Below, piece after piece: positions 11,211 through 23,145 of a DNA stretch of 38,771 bases. The stretch comes from Octopus bimaculoides. Lineage: Eukaryota. Numbering within the stretch: the stretch's first letter is position 1; every line of letters starts with the position of its first letter. The DNA lies in the NCBI RefSeq assembly GCF_001194135.2, contig NC_069002.1:21880548-21919318 (forward strand), given 5' to 3'. A program made the position numbers and the translations under genes. The notes below the pieces were generated by a model. It was not told where the DNA came from. It worked only from the letters and a program-made list of their open reading frames with translations, and searched no databases.

Positions 11211-11670
11211 TGTTGTTTTTTTTCATTTTTTCTTCAAATTTTCTTCCGTTTCTCGCCAAGTGTTTTCCGTACACCTAGGGCAGAGAAACTCATTGTATGC
11301 AAATTCACAGGTAAAATATGTATCTAAAATAAATAAATAAATAAATAAATAAATTCATGAATGGATGTTGTTTTCACAGCGATAATGCTCTTCTCAGTAC
11401 ATAAGTCGTTCCAGTTAGCACGATTTTTTGCACTTCCTGTAGGGATAGTAAGCCTGGTATCATTTTCAAATAGGTTTCAATACCTTTTTTATCATTCCTA
11501 GAGATCCTACAATCACTGGTACGGTAGTCGCCTTGAGGTGCCACATTTTTTTCAATTTCTATTAGCAAGTTTTTATATTTACTGATCTTGTCAAATTCTT
11601 TCGCCGCTATATTATGATCAGAGAGAATACTCATGTCAATTAATAAACACGTCTTCTTTGTCTGATCTTT
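11211..11670 (-). mobile_element. Dong/R4-clade non-LTR retrotransposon 3' end (restriction-like endonuclease plus 3' UTR), truncated by a gap
   Basis: KTCLLIDMSILSDHNIAAKEFDKISKYKNLLIEIEK, then (frameshift) WHLKATTVPVIVGSLGMIKKG, then IPGLLSLQEVQKIVLTGTTYVLRRALSL* (stop at 11374). The 3' UTR ends at (TAA)n. Confidence 0.8.
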
Positions 11671-12668
11671 NNNNNNNNNNNNNNNNNNNNNNNNNNNNNN
11701 NNNNNNNNNNNNNNNNNNNNNNNNNNNNNNNNNNNNNNNNNNNNNNNNNNNNNNNNNNNNNNNNNNNNNNNNNNNNNNNNNNNNNNNNNNNNNNNNNNNN
11801 NNNNNNNNNNNNNNNNNNNNNNNNNNNNNNNNNNNNNNNNNNNNNNNNNNNNNNNNNNNNNNNNNNNNNNNNNNNNNNNNNNNNNNNNNNNNNNNNNNNN
11901 NNNNNNNNNNNNNNNNNNNNNNNNNNNNNNNNNNNNNNNNNNNNNNNNNNNNNNNNNNNNNNNNNNNNNNNNNNNNNNNNNNNNNNNNNNNNNNNNNNNN
12001 NNNNNNNNNNNNNNNNNNNNNNNNNNNNNNNNNNNNNNNNNNNNNNNNNNNNNNNNNNNNNNNNNNNNNNNNNNNNNNNNNNNNNNNNNNNNNNNNNNNN
12101 NNNNNNNNNNNNNNNNNNNNNNNNNNNNNNNNNNNNNNNNNNNNNNNNNNNNNNNNNNNNNNNNNNNNNNNNNNNNNNNNNNNNNNNNNNNNNNNNNNNN
12201 NNNNNNNNNNNNNNNNNNNNNNNNNNNNNNNNNNNNNNNNNNNNNNNNNNNNNNNNNNNNNNNNNNNNNNNNNNNNNNNNNNNNNNNNNNNNNNNNNNNN
12301 NNNNNNNNNNNNNNNNNNNNNNNNNNNNNNNNNNNNNNNNNNNNNNNNNNNNNNNNNNNNNNNNNNNNNNNNNNNNNNNNNNNNNNNNNNNNNNNNNNNN
12401 NNNNNNNNNNNNNNNNNNNNNNNNNNNNNNNNNNNNNNNNNNNNNNNNNNNNNNNNNNNNNNNNNNNNNNNNNNNNNNNNNNNNNNNNNNNNNNNNNNNN
12501 NNNNNNNNNNNNNNNNNNNNNNNNNTATTATTAAGGTATCACACATCTTGTGACGTCTTCGACGACTTTCTGACCCGCGTGCTTCTTTTTTGTTCTGCCT
12601 TTCCATTTTCATCTTTCTGTGGAATTTATCCCTATCTGTGCATGAGTTTACGTCTGTATCTGTATGTA

Positions 12669-12714
<46 letters not shown>

Positions 12715-12769
12715 TTGTGTGCATGTATATGGATTTGTATATTACACTGTTTGTACCCATCTTTATCTA

Positions 12770-12845
12770 TTTAAAGCTAAAGTGAAGATCAAATAAACTG
12801 AGCGTGTATTTAATTGCAAAAAAATGACCATCCCCAAAAATCACA
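12770..12845 (-). repeat. fragment of a dispersed repeat also present at 38665-38771
   Basis: Reverse complement tttggggatggtcat...aaatacacgc matches tttggggatggtcatg...aaaacacacgc at 38681-38725. Confidence 0.5.
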
Positions 12846-12879
12846 AAACCTTTTAAAGGTGTCTTGATTGAGACATCTT

Positions 12880-13060
12880 ATTCCGTTTGGATTCGAATTC
12901 TTTGACAATGTCATCTCCCTGTTGTCTTGTGGTCTTCCGAACGAACTCCTCCTATCTCTCGAATACCACTCAACAACTGTACAAATCTATCTTTGAGAAA
13001 ATCCTTTACTTTCAGTGTTCCGCAGTCTCATAGTTCCCTCTCCCACACCATCCCCGAACT
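12880..13060 (-). mobile_element. RTE-like LINE C-terminal relic
   Basis: Minus strand reads VVEWYSRDRRSSFGRPQD then (frameshift) GDDIVKEF, resembling the EW.P...R..GRP...W.DDI C-terminal motif of RTE LINEs. Confidence 0.4.
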
Positions 13061-13569
13061 ATTTCGTTTCGGGTATATATTCTAGTAATGATATTCTTTG
13101 CATGGATTTTTCTTCTCGGTCGTAGCTAGTCATCGTCTTCCCTTCTTCATAGTTTCCCACTTCACAAACGAGAGAAGAATGTATAACGGCACTGCAAGCA
13201 AACAAGATGTATCTGAATGTAGAGTGGTTTTAGACTTCCTATTAATAAAAGAAGGAGGTTAACATGTTTAGTGGAAGACGGGAGTTGGCATTGTTCAGTT
13301 TGATCGAAAATGCCACAGTGTACTTAGTTGTAAACATTAGGGTGAGATGAACCATGTGATCATAACTTTTCTCTTTTCTCCTATCATTCACAGCGGGCAT
13401 TTCTTATCTCTGAATTATCCATTAATGAATTATGTAGATTTGGTTGTTATTTCTAACGATTAAGGAGACCAAATAGAGGCTTTGTGTCCCTGGCACTGTC
13501 TTTTGGATGTTTTAGTTGGTTGGTAACTGCTTTGGCAAACAACAAAGGAAACGTCGTTCCCAATATAAC

Positions 13570-13965
13570 ATCATCATTATCAACAACAACAGCAACAACA
13601 ACAACAATACTAACAGCAAAAAAATAACAACAATAACAACAACAACAACCAAAACAACAATAACAGGAACATTAAGAAGAACAACATNNNNNNNNNNNNN
13701 NNNNNNNNNNNNNNNNNNNNNNNNNNNNNNNNNNNNNNNNNNNNNNNNNNNNNNNNNNNNNNNNNNNNNNNNNNNNNNNNNNNNNNNNNNNNNNNNNNNN
13801 NNNNNNNNNNNNNNNNNNNNNNNNNNNNNNNNNNNNNNNNNNNNNNNNNNNNNNNNNNNNNNNNNNNNNNNNNNNNNNNNNNNNNNNNNNCAGCAAAAAA
13901 ATAACAACAATAACAACAACAACAACCAAAACAACAATAACAGGAACATTAAGAAGAACAACATT
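13570..13965. repeat. (AAC/AAT)n low-complexity tract with an identical 74-bp block on both sides of the gap
   Basis: 13614-13687 is identical to 13891-13964. Confidence 0.9.
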
Positions 13966-14225
13966 AACTGCAGCGAGAAATAATAGTTTTAGTGTTGAGA
14001 ATGAGATTGGTCAGGGTGAACAAAAATGTTGCAAGGGAAATAAAATAGCAACAGAAAAAGATGAATCAGGTAGAAAATGGAGTTTGTAAAACAATTAAAA
14101 TTTGTGAAATAAACAAATGGAAAACAAGTAAAATACGAAAAGAAAATAAAAATATTTTTAAAAAAAAGTTCAGAGATGTAATAACGATTAAATGAATGCG
14201 AGAAAATTGATTTTCAAAGGCTGAT

Positions 14226-14235
14226 GATCATGGTT

Positions 14236-14289
<54 letters not shown>

Positions 14290-14570
14290 GGAATGATAAT
14301 GAGGAGGAGGAGGAGAACAGTAGGGATGGTGTTGCTGCTGATAACGATTATGGTGATAACGAAGAGAAGGATGATAGTGTTTATAGTAATGGGGATGTTG
14401 GTCATGATGAGGAGGATTGTGTGTGTGTGTGGTGATGGTGATGGCGATAATGATGATGATGAGGAGGAGCAGGAACAGGAGGTGGAGGATTGTGGTGATG
14501 GTGGTGACGATAATGCTAGGGGGTGGTAGTGATGAGGATGAGGAAAGTGATGATAGTGTCGGTGGTGATG
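14226..14570. repeat. (GAT)n/(GAG)n/(GGT)n compound low-complexity region
   Basis: Seen directly; it generates the poly-M, poly-I and poly-H ORFs. Confidence 0.9.
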
Positions 14571-15628
14571 GTGAAAAAATTTGGTAACAAAAATTCGATT
14601 GCTTCGTGAAGCATTTAAGTGCGATTTCTGTTTGTTTGTCTGTATGTATGTATGCATGTATATACGTAAATACATATATGTATACACATATATATGNNNN
14701 NNNNNNNNNNNNNNNNNNNNNNNNNNNNNNNNNNNNNNNNNNNNNNNNNNNNNNNNNNNNNNNNNNNNNNNNNNNNNNNNNNNNNNNNNNNNNNNNNNNN
14801 NNNNNNNNNNNNNNNNNNNNNNNNNNNNNNNNNNNNNNNNNNNNNNNNNNNNNNNNNNNNNNNNNNNNNNNNNNNNNNNNNNNNNNNNNNNNNNNNNNNN
14901 NNNNNNNNNNNNNNNNNNNNNNNNNNNNNNNNNNNNNNNNNNNNNNNNNNNNNNNNNNNNNNNNNNNNNNNNNNNNNNNNNNNNNNNNNNNNNNNNNNNN
15001 NNNNNNNNNNNNNNNNNNNNNNNNNNNNNNNNNNNNNNNNNNNNNNNNNNNNNNNNNNNNNNNNNNNNNNNNNNNNNNNNNNNNNNNNNNNNNNNNNNNN
15101 NNNNNNNNNNNNNNNNNNNNNNNNNNNNNNNNNNNNNNNNNNNNNNNNNNNNNNNNNNNNNNNNNNNNNNNNNNNNNNNNNNNNNNNNNNNNNNNNNNNN
15201 NNNNNNNNNNNNNNNNNNNNNNNNNNNNNNNNNNNNNNNNNNNNNNNNNNNNNNNNNNNNNNNNNNNNNNNNNNNNNNNNNNNNNNNNNNNNNNNNNNNN
15301 NNNNNNNNNNNNNNNNNNNNNNNNNNNNNNNNNNNNNNNNNNNNNNNNNNNNNNNNNNNNNNNNNNNNNNNNNNNNNNNNNNNNNNNNNNNNNNNNNNNN
15401 NNNNNNNNNNNNNNNNNNNNNNNNNNNNNNNNNNNNNNNNNNNNNNNNNNNNNNNNNNNNNNNNNNNNNNNNNNNNNNNNNNNNNNNNNNNNNNNNNNNN
15501 NNNNNNNNNNNNNNNNNNNNNNNNNNNNNNNNNNNNNNNNNNNNNNNNNNNNNNNNNNNNNNNNNNNNNNNNNNNNNNNNNNNNNNNNNNNNNNNNNNNN
15601 NNNNNNNNNNNNNNNNNNNNNNNNNNNN

Positions 15629-15660
<32 letters not shown>

Positions 15661-15702
15661 TATGCATATGTATGTATATATGTATGCGACTTAGCTTCAC
15701 AT

Positions 15703-16010
15703 GTGAAGGCACTTGGCTCAGTGGTTAGAGCACCGGGCTCATAATCATGAGGTAGTGAGTTCGATTCGGGCCGGGCAGTGATGTGTTCTTAAGAAAGACA
15801 CTTTATTTCACATTGTTCCAGTTCACTCAGCTGTAGAAATGAGTTGTGATGTAACTGGTGACAAGCTGTATCGACCTTTGCCTTTCCATCAGTGTCGTGG
15901 TAGGCATGGGTCACTGTTTATCTTCCATAAAACATCCTTGTCTGGACATGAGCCTCTTTCTAGGTGCAATCCCATGGTCACTCATGACCGAAAGGGCTCT
16001 TCACCCCTTT
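15703..16010 (+). mobile_element. tRNA(Met)-like-headed SINE
   Basis: A box tggctcagtgg (15714-15724), anticodon-loop-like ctCATaa (15738-15744), B box gagttcgattc (15757-15767), then the gtgttcttaagaaagacactt core. Confidence 0.8.
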
Positions 16011-16334
16011 ATCTATGTATACATGTATATATTTATGTGTAAGTATGTATGCATTTATATAGCATGCACGTATTTATATATCTGTGTAATTATGTAGATG
16101 TATACCAAACAAATACATTTGAAAAGCTCTCTGACCGTGACCATTTACATGTTTTTAGCTTGTGCTACCTAATTTGTCCTTCCATTTTTTAAAGATGTGA
16201 TATGAGGAATGTTTGCTTCTATTTCTCGCTGAATCCAAGTGATCACATGTAATATTTAGGATTAAGTTCGTATATAGATCGATAGATATGCACAATTATT
16301 GATTTATCTTCCTATCTCTACAAAATGTATAATG

Positions 16335-16392
16335 GCGGTGCCCCAGCATGGCCACAGCTCATGAGCTGAAACTAGATAAAATGAAAAAAAAA
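16335..16392 (+). mobile_element. SINE 3' end with an A-rich tail
   Basis: ggcggtgccccagcatggccacagctcatgagctgaaactagataaaatgaaaaaaa, related to the 3' end at 7345-7375 (reverse). Confidence 0.7.
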
Positions 16393-16477
16393 AAAAGAAC
16401 AAAAGGAAAATTCAATAATCCGAAACAGAATCTTGGAATTAAAACGGTTGAGTGATGGACATTTCATAAATAAAGCC

Positions 16478-16847
16478 ACTTTTTTGTGAGCCTAGTACTT
16501 ATCCTATCGTTCACTTTTGCCGAACCGCTAAGTAACGGGGACATAAACACACCAACATCGGTTGTCTTGCGATGATGGAGGGACACAGACACACAAACAC
16601 ATACACATACACACACGCACAAACACACATATACATATATAGATAGATAGATAGATAGATAGATAGATTGATAGATAGATACGCGACGGGCTTCTTTTAG
16701 TTTCCGTCTACGAAATCCACTCACAAGGCTTTAGTCGGCCTGATGCTATAGTAGAAGACACTTGCCCAAGGTACCACGCAGTGGGACTGAACCCAGACAC
16801 ATGTAGTTGGTAAGCAAGCTACTTACCACACAGCCATTCCTGCGCCT
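16478..16847 (-). mobile_element. near full-length octopus tRNA-derived SINE with a central (CA)n/(GATA)n microsatellite
   Basis: Minus strand begins aggcgcaggaatggctgtgtggtaagtag, has B-box-like gggttcagtccc and the ccttgggcaagtgtcttctactatagc core, then a microsatellite (16590-16682), then the ttacttagcggttcggcaaaag block. Confidence 0.9.
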
Positions 16848-16859
16848 ATGTTTGTCTAC

Positions 16860-17012
16860 GTTTCCGTAACGTACCATTTCGGCAAATGCCACTGATAGAA
16901 TAAGTTCGAGTCATTAAAATAAAGTACTGGTTTTGATTTGTTTAACGAAATTCATCAAGTTGGGGTCCCGGGAAGGTCGCAGTCCAATGACTGTAACAGT
17001 TCAAAGATAACA
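16860..17012 (+). mobile_element. decayed SINE 3' part
   Basis: ttcggcaaat...gatagaataagt...aggtcgcagtccaatgactgtaaca matches the 3' body of the 7329 and 16478 family. Confidence 0.6.
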
Positions 17013-17261
17013 AAATTACTGATTAATTCCGAGTTTAAAACTTAAAAAATTAAGCAGGAATGGTTATATAACCAAGTGCTTCGGAATTAGAACAGGAACG
17101 TGTCTATTTTGGTATAACGTTTGCCAACGTGTTTAATACACTTAAATACATTATATCAAAGGAAATCTATTGAAAAACAAAAATATAAAATCCTGAAAAC
17201 GAAGTAACACATGAGAAATATTCAAGAATATATATTAATATAAATGTTTTACTTCTTTTCT

Positions 17262-18544
17262 ATTCAGACGTAAATGTGGTTCTTCCATACAATACATAAA
17301 CATATACGCTGCATTCAAATGCCATGACAATACCAACATCTTGTCTTCTCTTATACGCAGAGATATGGTGGGTGCAACACAGAACCATCGGAAAGGACTT
17401 GGTTTTGGCGCAGATCAGTTCAGACCGTTTGCGAGTATGATGCGGACCGGACGCAGATCTGTTGTTAGCAACAGCGTCAAAACAAGAGAAGCAGAGAGAA
17501 GAGAGCTTCATTTGATCCGATGTATTCAACAAGGACAGATGACGAGATGGGAAGAACATGTTGTTCTGGGGAAAATACGTTGGGATGAGATATGGAAGTG
17601 GACGACATCTCGGCTAAGTTTTCTGATTCGTTCATCTTATGATGTTTTGCCATCACCTACAAATCTAATAAGATGGACCATCTCAAAGAATGACATATGC
17701 AAATGCGGAAAGGTCGTAACACCGAAACATTCTTTCCAGCTGTTCCTTAGCATTCAATAGGTGTACATGGAGACACAAACTGGTCCTGAAGGTTATCTTC
17801 AATGCTATGAAGAACCAAGTTCATCTCAACAACACTGAGAAAAAACCGTTGAAAGTACAATGTAGAGATTTTATTACCTTCGTGCGCTCAGGTCAGCGGA
17901 CCCGTTTCAAGAAAAAGAACAAGAAACTTCCTGTGAGAGATGAAAAGTGGAACGGTTATTGGGAAGTGACTGCAGATTTACCTGGATGCCAGGGATGCAT
18001 TCCTATACCAGTTACGGAAAAACCGGACACTTTAATGTGGTGTGAAAGAAGGAAAGTTGTAAATCTAGTCGAATTAACGGTTCCTCGTGAAGATAGCATG
18101 GACGCTATGCGGGCTCAAAAGATTGACCGTTATGTAAACCTCCTCGAGAAATGGGAAGACGCAGGCTGGAAAGCAGAGCATTTTCCAATCGAAGTTGGAT
18201 GTAGAGGGTTTGTTGGACACAGTGTGAGACGACTGCTGTTATCGTTAGGCCTAACTCATCGTAAGGAAAATACCACCATGACAAATATCCAAACTACAGT
18301 GGAGAAGGCTAGCCACTGGATTTGATTAAAAAGATGAGCGATGGCTAGAGTAATATTGAGCTTTATTTAATAACCATTTGATCTAGCAAGCGGGGCCTCA
18401 TATCAGTGAGGGGAGCCGGTGCGCATTGATACCATCGAGAGGTAGGCCCCGAAACGGCGCGCATTTTCTCCTGATGACCCCATACACTTGCTGGCTTCCG
18501 GTATGCGGAGTTCTCGACTGGTAGCACTTGCATGTGCGAGGTGT

Positions 18545-18547
<3 letters not shown>
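17262..18547 (+). mobile_element. HERO-type (NeSL/R2-group) non-LTR retrotransposon 3' fragment: post-RT region, CCHC finger, restriction-like endonuclease and 3' UTR
   Basis: DMVGATQNHRKGLG...QQGQMTRWE...RLSFLIRSSYDVLPSPTNL..W; C-K-C...H...C then TWRHKLVL; KPD (PD at 18023-18028)...VELTVP...KIDRY...PIEVGCRGF...EKASHWI. Frameshifts and stops are present. Ends at (CA)n. Confidence 0.8.
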
Positions 18548-18596
<49 letters not shown>

Positions 18597-18611
18597 ATAT
18601 ATATATATATA
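18548..18611. repeat. (CA)n/(AT)n microsatellite
   Basis: Seen directly. Confidence 0.95.
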
Positions 18612-19020
18612 CTTAAAATAATATAGGGTAGCAAAATTTTAGAAAGTCTTCTACCAGTGGCCTAGGATGTATAAAAATCAATAGACATCATATTTTCCAT
18701 GTAAAATTAGTGTACATTTAGACATTTTTATTTTATTTGCTAATTAAAATTCGAAACCTAGGTCTAGCGGTAAAACATAGTAAATGTTTTTATTTTCATT
18801 CCCTTCGAAATTGCTCTTAACTGTGGTTTTGGACTTTTGACTGTTCCTTCTAGCATGTAAGGCGGCTTCTTAAGGGTCACCTCTTTTTGTTTTTAAATGT
18901 ACACTAATTTTATATATATATATATATATATTCGCATATTCACGCCGGTTGTAATGGCAGAGTGACGCTTGGCAAAATTTAAAAATTGTCGTTAATTTAT
19001 GTGTATGTAGATGTATATAT

Positions 19021-19090
19021 AAGGCGGCGAGTTAGCAGAATCGTTAGCGCGTCGGATAAAACGCATAGCGATATTTCTTCCGGCTCTTTA
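19021..19090 (+). mobile_element. SINE head (10618 family), truncated near a gap
   Basis: aaggcggcgagttagcagaatcgttagcgcgtcgg versus aaggcggtgagctggcagaatcgttagcgcgccgg at 10618. Confidence 0.8.
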
Positions 19091-21002
19091 TATTCTTTCT
19101 ACAAGTTCCNNNNNNNNNNNNNNNNNNNNNNNNNNNNNNNNNNNNNNNNNNNNNNNNNNNNNNNNNNNNNNNNNNNNNNNNNNNNNNNNNNNNNNNNNNN
19201 NNNNNNNNNNNNNNNNNNNNNNNNNNNNNNNNNNNNNNNNNNNNNNNNNNNNNNNNNNNNNNNNNNNNNNNNNNNNNNNNNNNNNNNNNNNNNNNNNNNN
19301 NNNNNNNNNNNNNNNNNNNNNNNNNNNNNNNNNNNNNNNNNNNNNNNNNNNNNNNNNNNNNNNNNNNNNNNNNNNNNNNNNNNNNNNNNNNNNNNNNNNN
19401 NNNNNNNNNNNNNNNNNNNNNNNNNNNNNNNNNNNNNNNNNNNNNNNNNNNNNNNNNNNNGTATGGGTAAAATGGTTTGACTTTCAAAATATACTTTTGA
19501 CTGTCGCATTTGAATTTGACTTTACACGGTATAGTTATTTTGCATCGCAACACTAATGTATATTTCGACTTCATTTTTAAGAAACCTTTCGACTGTTTTA
19601 CAAATTTAAGCTTAAGCATCGCCGAGCTTTATTTTCATTGTTTACTCACGTATTTAATTATGTTATATCAAATTAATGTACAATTTCCTTATTTTTACAT
19701 TTTAATATTATATACACCGGGCAGTTTTTTAAATTGTTTGCATATATGCGTTATGATATAGATATTCTCTATATATTTATGTGTATGTATGTATTGTAGG
19801 TATGTATATGTATGTATATGCATGTATGCGTGTGTGCGTCTACATATGTGTGGGCATGTGTATATATATGTATATATACATATATATGCATACATATATA
19901 AATGTGTATCTATATATGTGTATACTTTTATATATGTAAACATTTATTTGCGTACATATCTTTGTATTTTTGTATATTTGTATGCGTATCTATGTGTGCG
20001 TTTTTGTGTGTTCGTTGCGCAAGCTATATGAAGTATCTAATCGTTGTTGGTTAACTTCGAGCGTCATGACGTAACACTTTCTGCCCCTATTTATTGTTTA
20101 CCCTTTCTCTCCCTAGATTTCGTATTCTCTTCTTTCTTCTATTTCTTTTTCTTCTTTTCCACTGTTTTCCCCCATACTAAATATTTTCTGATTTTTTTCT
20201 TTCTCTTTTTTTCGCCTGTAACAACTAACACGTATAAGCATATGCTAGGAGATTTTGTGCGCGTGCATGTGTGTGCACACACATATATATATATATATGC
20301 ATTTGCATATATATTTATGTCTTGCCTATATATATCTGTATATGTATGTAGCTATGTACACGCGGCTGTACGCTTAGTGATTATATGTATATTATAGAAG
20401 GTTTGGTATGTGCATATACTGCTAAATGTATATGTAATCCAACGTGAAATTTTTTTATAACTTTTAACGTATTGATTGATTCATATTTTACAAGTAATTA
20501 TTTACCCTGAGTATTTAGGCTCTGTCCTTCTTTATAAGCTATTTTTGATTTAAGGTTTTCTTCGATTTTATAATAAGATAATATTATACCGAAATTTGTT
20601 CATTGCATGTAACCGTTCATTGTAAAGACCGTTAACTGAAAGGACCTATGAAATAAAACCATTTTCAAATGTGTATCTATTAAGCTAATTGTATATGTTT
20701 GCTTATAACCTTATTTTGTTCCATTCTAAACAAAACTGTCCAACGAACGAGAAAGTGAAACACTGAGTAACAGTTTTTGTGATATTTTTGCTGCTTTTAA
20801 ATAAAGTATATTACTCTACCATTGGTATACGAGTACTATTTTTTCCACCATGTTTCGCATTTATGTGCTTACTCCGGTATATACATGTATATACATATAT
20901 GTATATATATATACGTGTATATATATGTGTATATATATATACGCATGTATACATATATACATGTATATATAGATGTATATATATGTATATACATATTCAT
21001 AT

Positions 21003-21033
<31 letters not shown>

Positions 21034-21119
21034 NNNNNNNNNNNNNNNNNNNNNNNNNNNNNNNNNNNNNNNNNNNNNNNNNNNNNNNNNNNNNNNNNNN
21101 NNNNNNNNNNNNNNNNNNN

Positions 21120-23145
21120 GTATTCTTAGTAAAAATATACTTGACAAATACATACCTACCTTAGTCAATAAATTAAAACTTAGTTTATGGTCCAATTCTT
21201 TGCAGGTAGTTGAATGGTTTCGTAACATAAATAACAAACATAGCGCCAAATTTATCCAGTTTGACATATCTAACTTTTATTCATCAATTAACCCCATTAT
21301 TTTAAATAAAGCACTTTGGTTTGCTCACAAGAAGGCGGGTATGCCTAGAGAGGAATTTAAAGTTATTAAAGCAGCAAGAAATTCTATAATTAAGTTCAAT
21401 AAAAAAACTATGGATACGTAAGGACACCCCAGAAGGATTTGATGTCCCTATGGGAAGTTCCGATTCAGCACAAGTAGCTGATTTAGCCTGCGCATACATT
21501 CTACGTGAATTAGAAGACCAATTTCCCAAATGTTAAGGGTGGTCTATACAGAGACGATTGTTTATTATACTTAGAGAACACCACAAATCAAAAAATACAC
21601 AAAGTTAAAAATAGATTAGCTAGGTTTTTTAGTAGAATGAGCTTTAGTATAGTATTTGAAGATGAAACATCTTTAGCTAACTTCTTGGACGTCACTCTGG
21701 ATCTACATACTAAAACATTTTTCCCTTATCACAAACCCTCCACTAACCTAAAATATATCAGTAAATCCAGCAATCATCCTAATTCAGTAACGAGAAATTC
21801 AGTTTAAAATATCTCACTTAGACTATCCAATCTATCTACGAACGAAAATATCTTCAATAAGGAGGCGGAGTTTTACAATTTAGCTTTATTAAAAGCAGGT
21901 TACAGAGAAAAAGTTAATTATATATATTCTACTTACGAAACCGATTTGAGTAATAATAGCAATAATAATAATACCAATAGTAATAATGACATAGTTTTTA
22001 ATTTAAACAATAACAAAAAATACAATTATAACTTCCATCATAAATTCTGTAACGATAATAACCAGCTTAACATTTTTTCACGAAATAGGGGAAATAACCG
22101 TCAGATTAAACCCTGTCTCAATGATAATAATAAACTAAGACTATTTATAAATAATACTGGCAAATNNNNNNNNNNNNNNNNNNNNNNNNNNNNNNNNNNN
22201 NNNNNNNNNNNNNNNNNNNNNNNNNNNNNNNNNNNNNNNNNNNNNNNNNNNNNNNNNNNNNNNNNNNNNNNNNNNNNNNNNNNNNNNNNNNNNNNNNNNN
22301 NNNNNNNNNNNNNNNNNNNNNNNNNNNNNNNNNNNNNNNNNNNNNNNNNNNNNNNNNNNNNNNNNNNNNNNNNNNNNNNNNNNNNNNNNNNNNNNNNNNN
22401 NNNNNNNNNNNNNNNNNNNNNNNNNNNNNNNNNNNNNNNNNNNNNNNNNNNNNNNNNNNNNNNNNNNNNNNNNNNNNNNNNNNNNNNNNNNNNNNNNNNN
22501 NNNNNNNNNNNNNNNNNNNNNNNNNNNNNNNNNNNNNNNNNNNNNNNNNNNNNNNNNNNNNNNNNNNNNNNNNNNNNNNNNNNNNNNNNNNNNNNNNNNN
22601 NNNNNNNNNNNNNNNNNNNNNNNNNNNNNNNNNNNNNNNNNNNNNNNNNNNNNNNNNNNNNNNNNNNNNNNNNNNNNNNNNNNNNNNNNNNNNNNNNNNN
22701 NNNNNNNNNNNNNNNNNNNNNNNNNNNNNNNNNNNNNNNNNNNNNNNNNNNNNNNNNNNNNNNNNNNNNNNNNNNNNNNNNNNNNNNNNNNNNNNNNNNN
22801 NNNNNNNNNNNNNNNNNNNNNNNNNNNNNNNNNNNNNNNNNNNNNNNNNNNNNNNNNNNNNNNNNNNNNNNNNNNNNNNNNNNNNNNNNNNNNNNNNNNN
22901 NNNNNNNNNNNNNNNNNNNNNNNNNNNNAATTTGGGATCTTAAAGATAATAACATTAAATTTAAACTAGACTGGCTAATTCTTTCTATTTCTAGGCCATA
23001 TGAAAAGGGTGGAAAATTTTGTTCCCTTTGTGTTACGGAACTCTACTTTATTTTATTTTCAAAGAATTACCTGGTAAATACCTTTATAGAAAATTCTTAC
23101 AGGTGTAAACATTGGCAAAAACATGTATTTTCAGCATTTAAATAA
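21120..23145 (+). mobile_element. Penelope-like retroelement (RT plus GIY-YIG C-terminus), decayed and interrupted by a gap; resembles Naiad-type PLEs (inference)
   Basis: FIQFDISNFYSSI (RT motif A), FDVPMGSSDSAQVADL (motif B), GLYRDD (21541-21558), NFLDVTLDL, PYHKP...SNHP. After the gap: IWDLKDNNI...FCSLCVTE...RCKHWQ* (stop ends 23145). Frameshifts near 21405 and 21531; stop at 21805-21807. Confidence 0.9.

Noticed and set aside
15703-15775. Functional tRNA-Met gene
   Set aside because: The acceptor stem is not formed, there is no poly-T terminator, and it continues into a SINE body.
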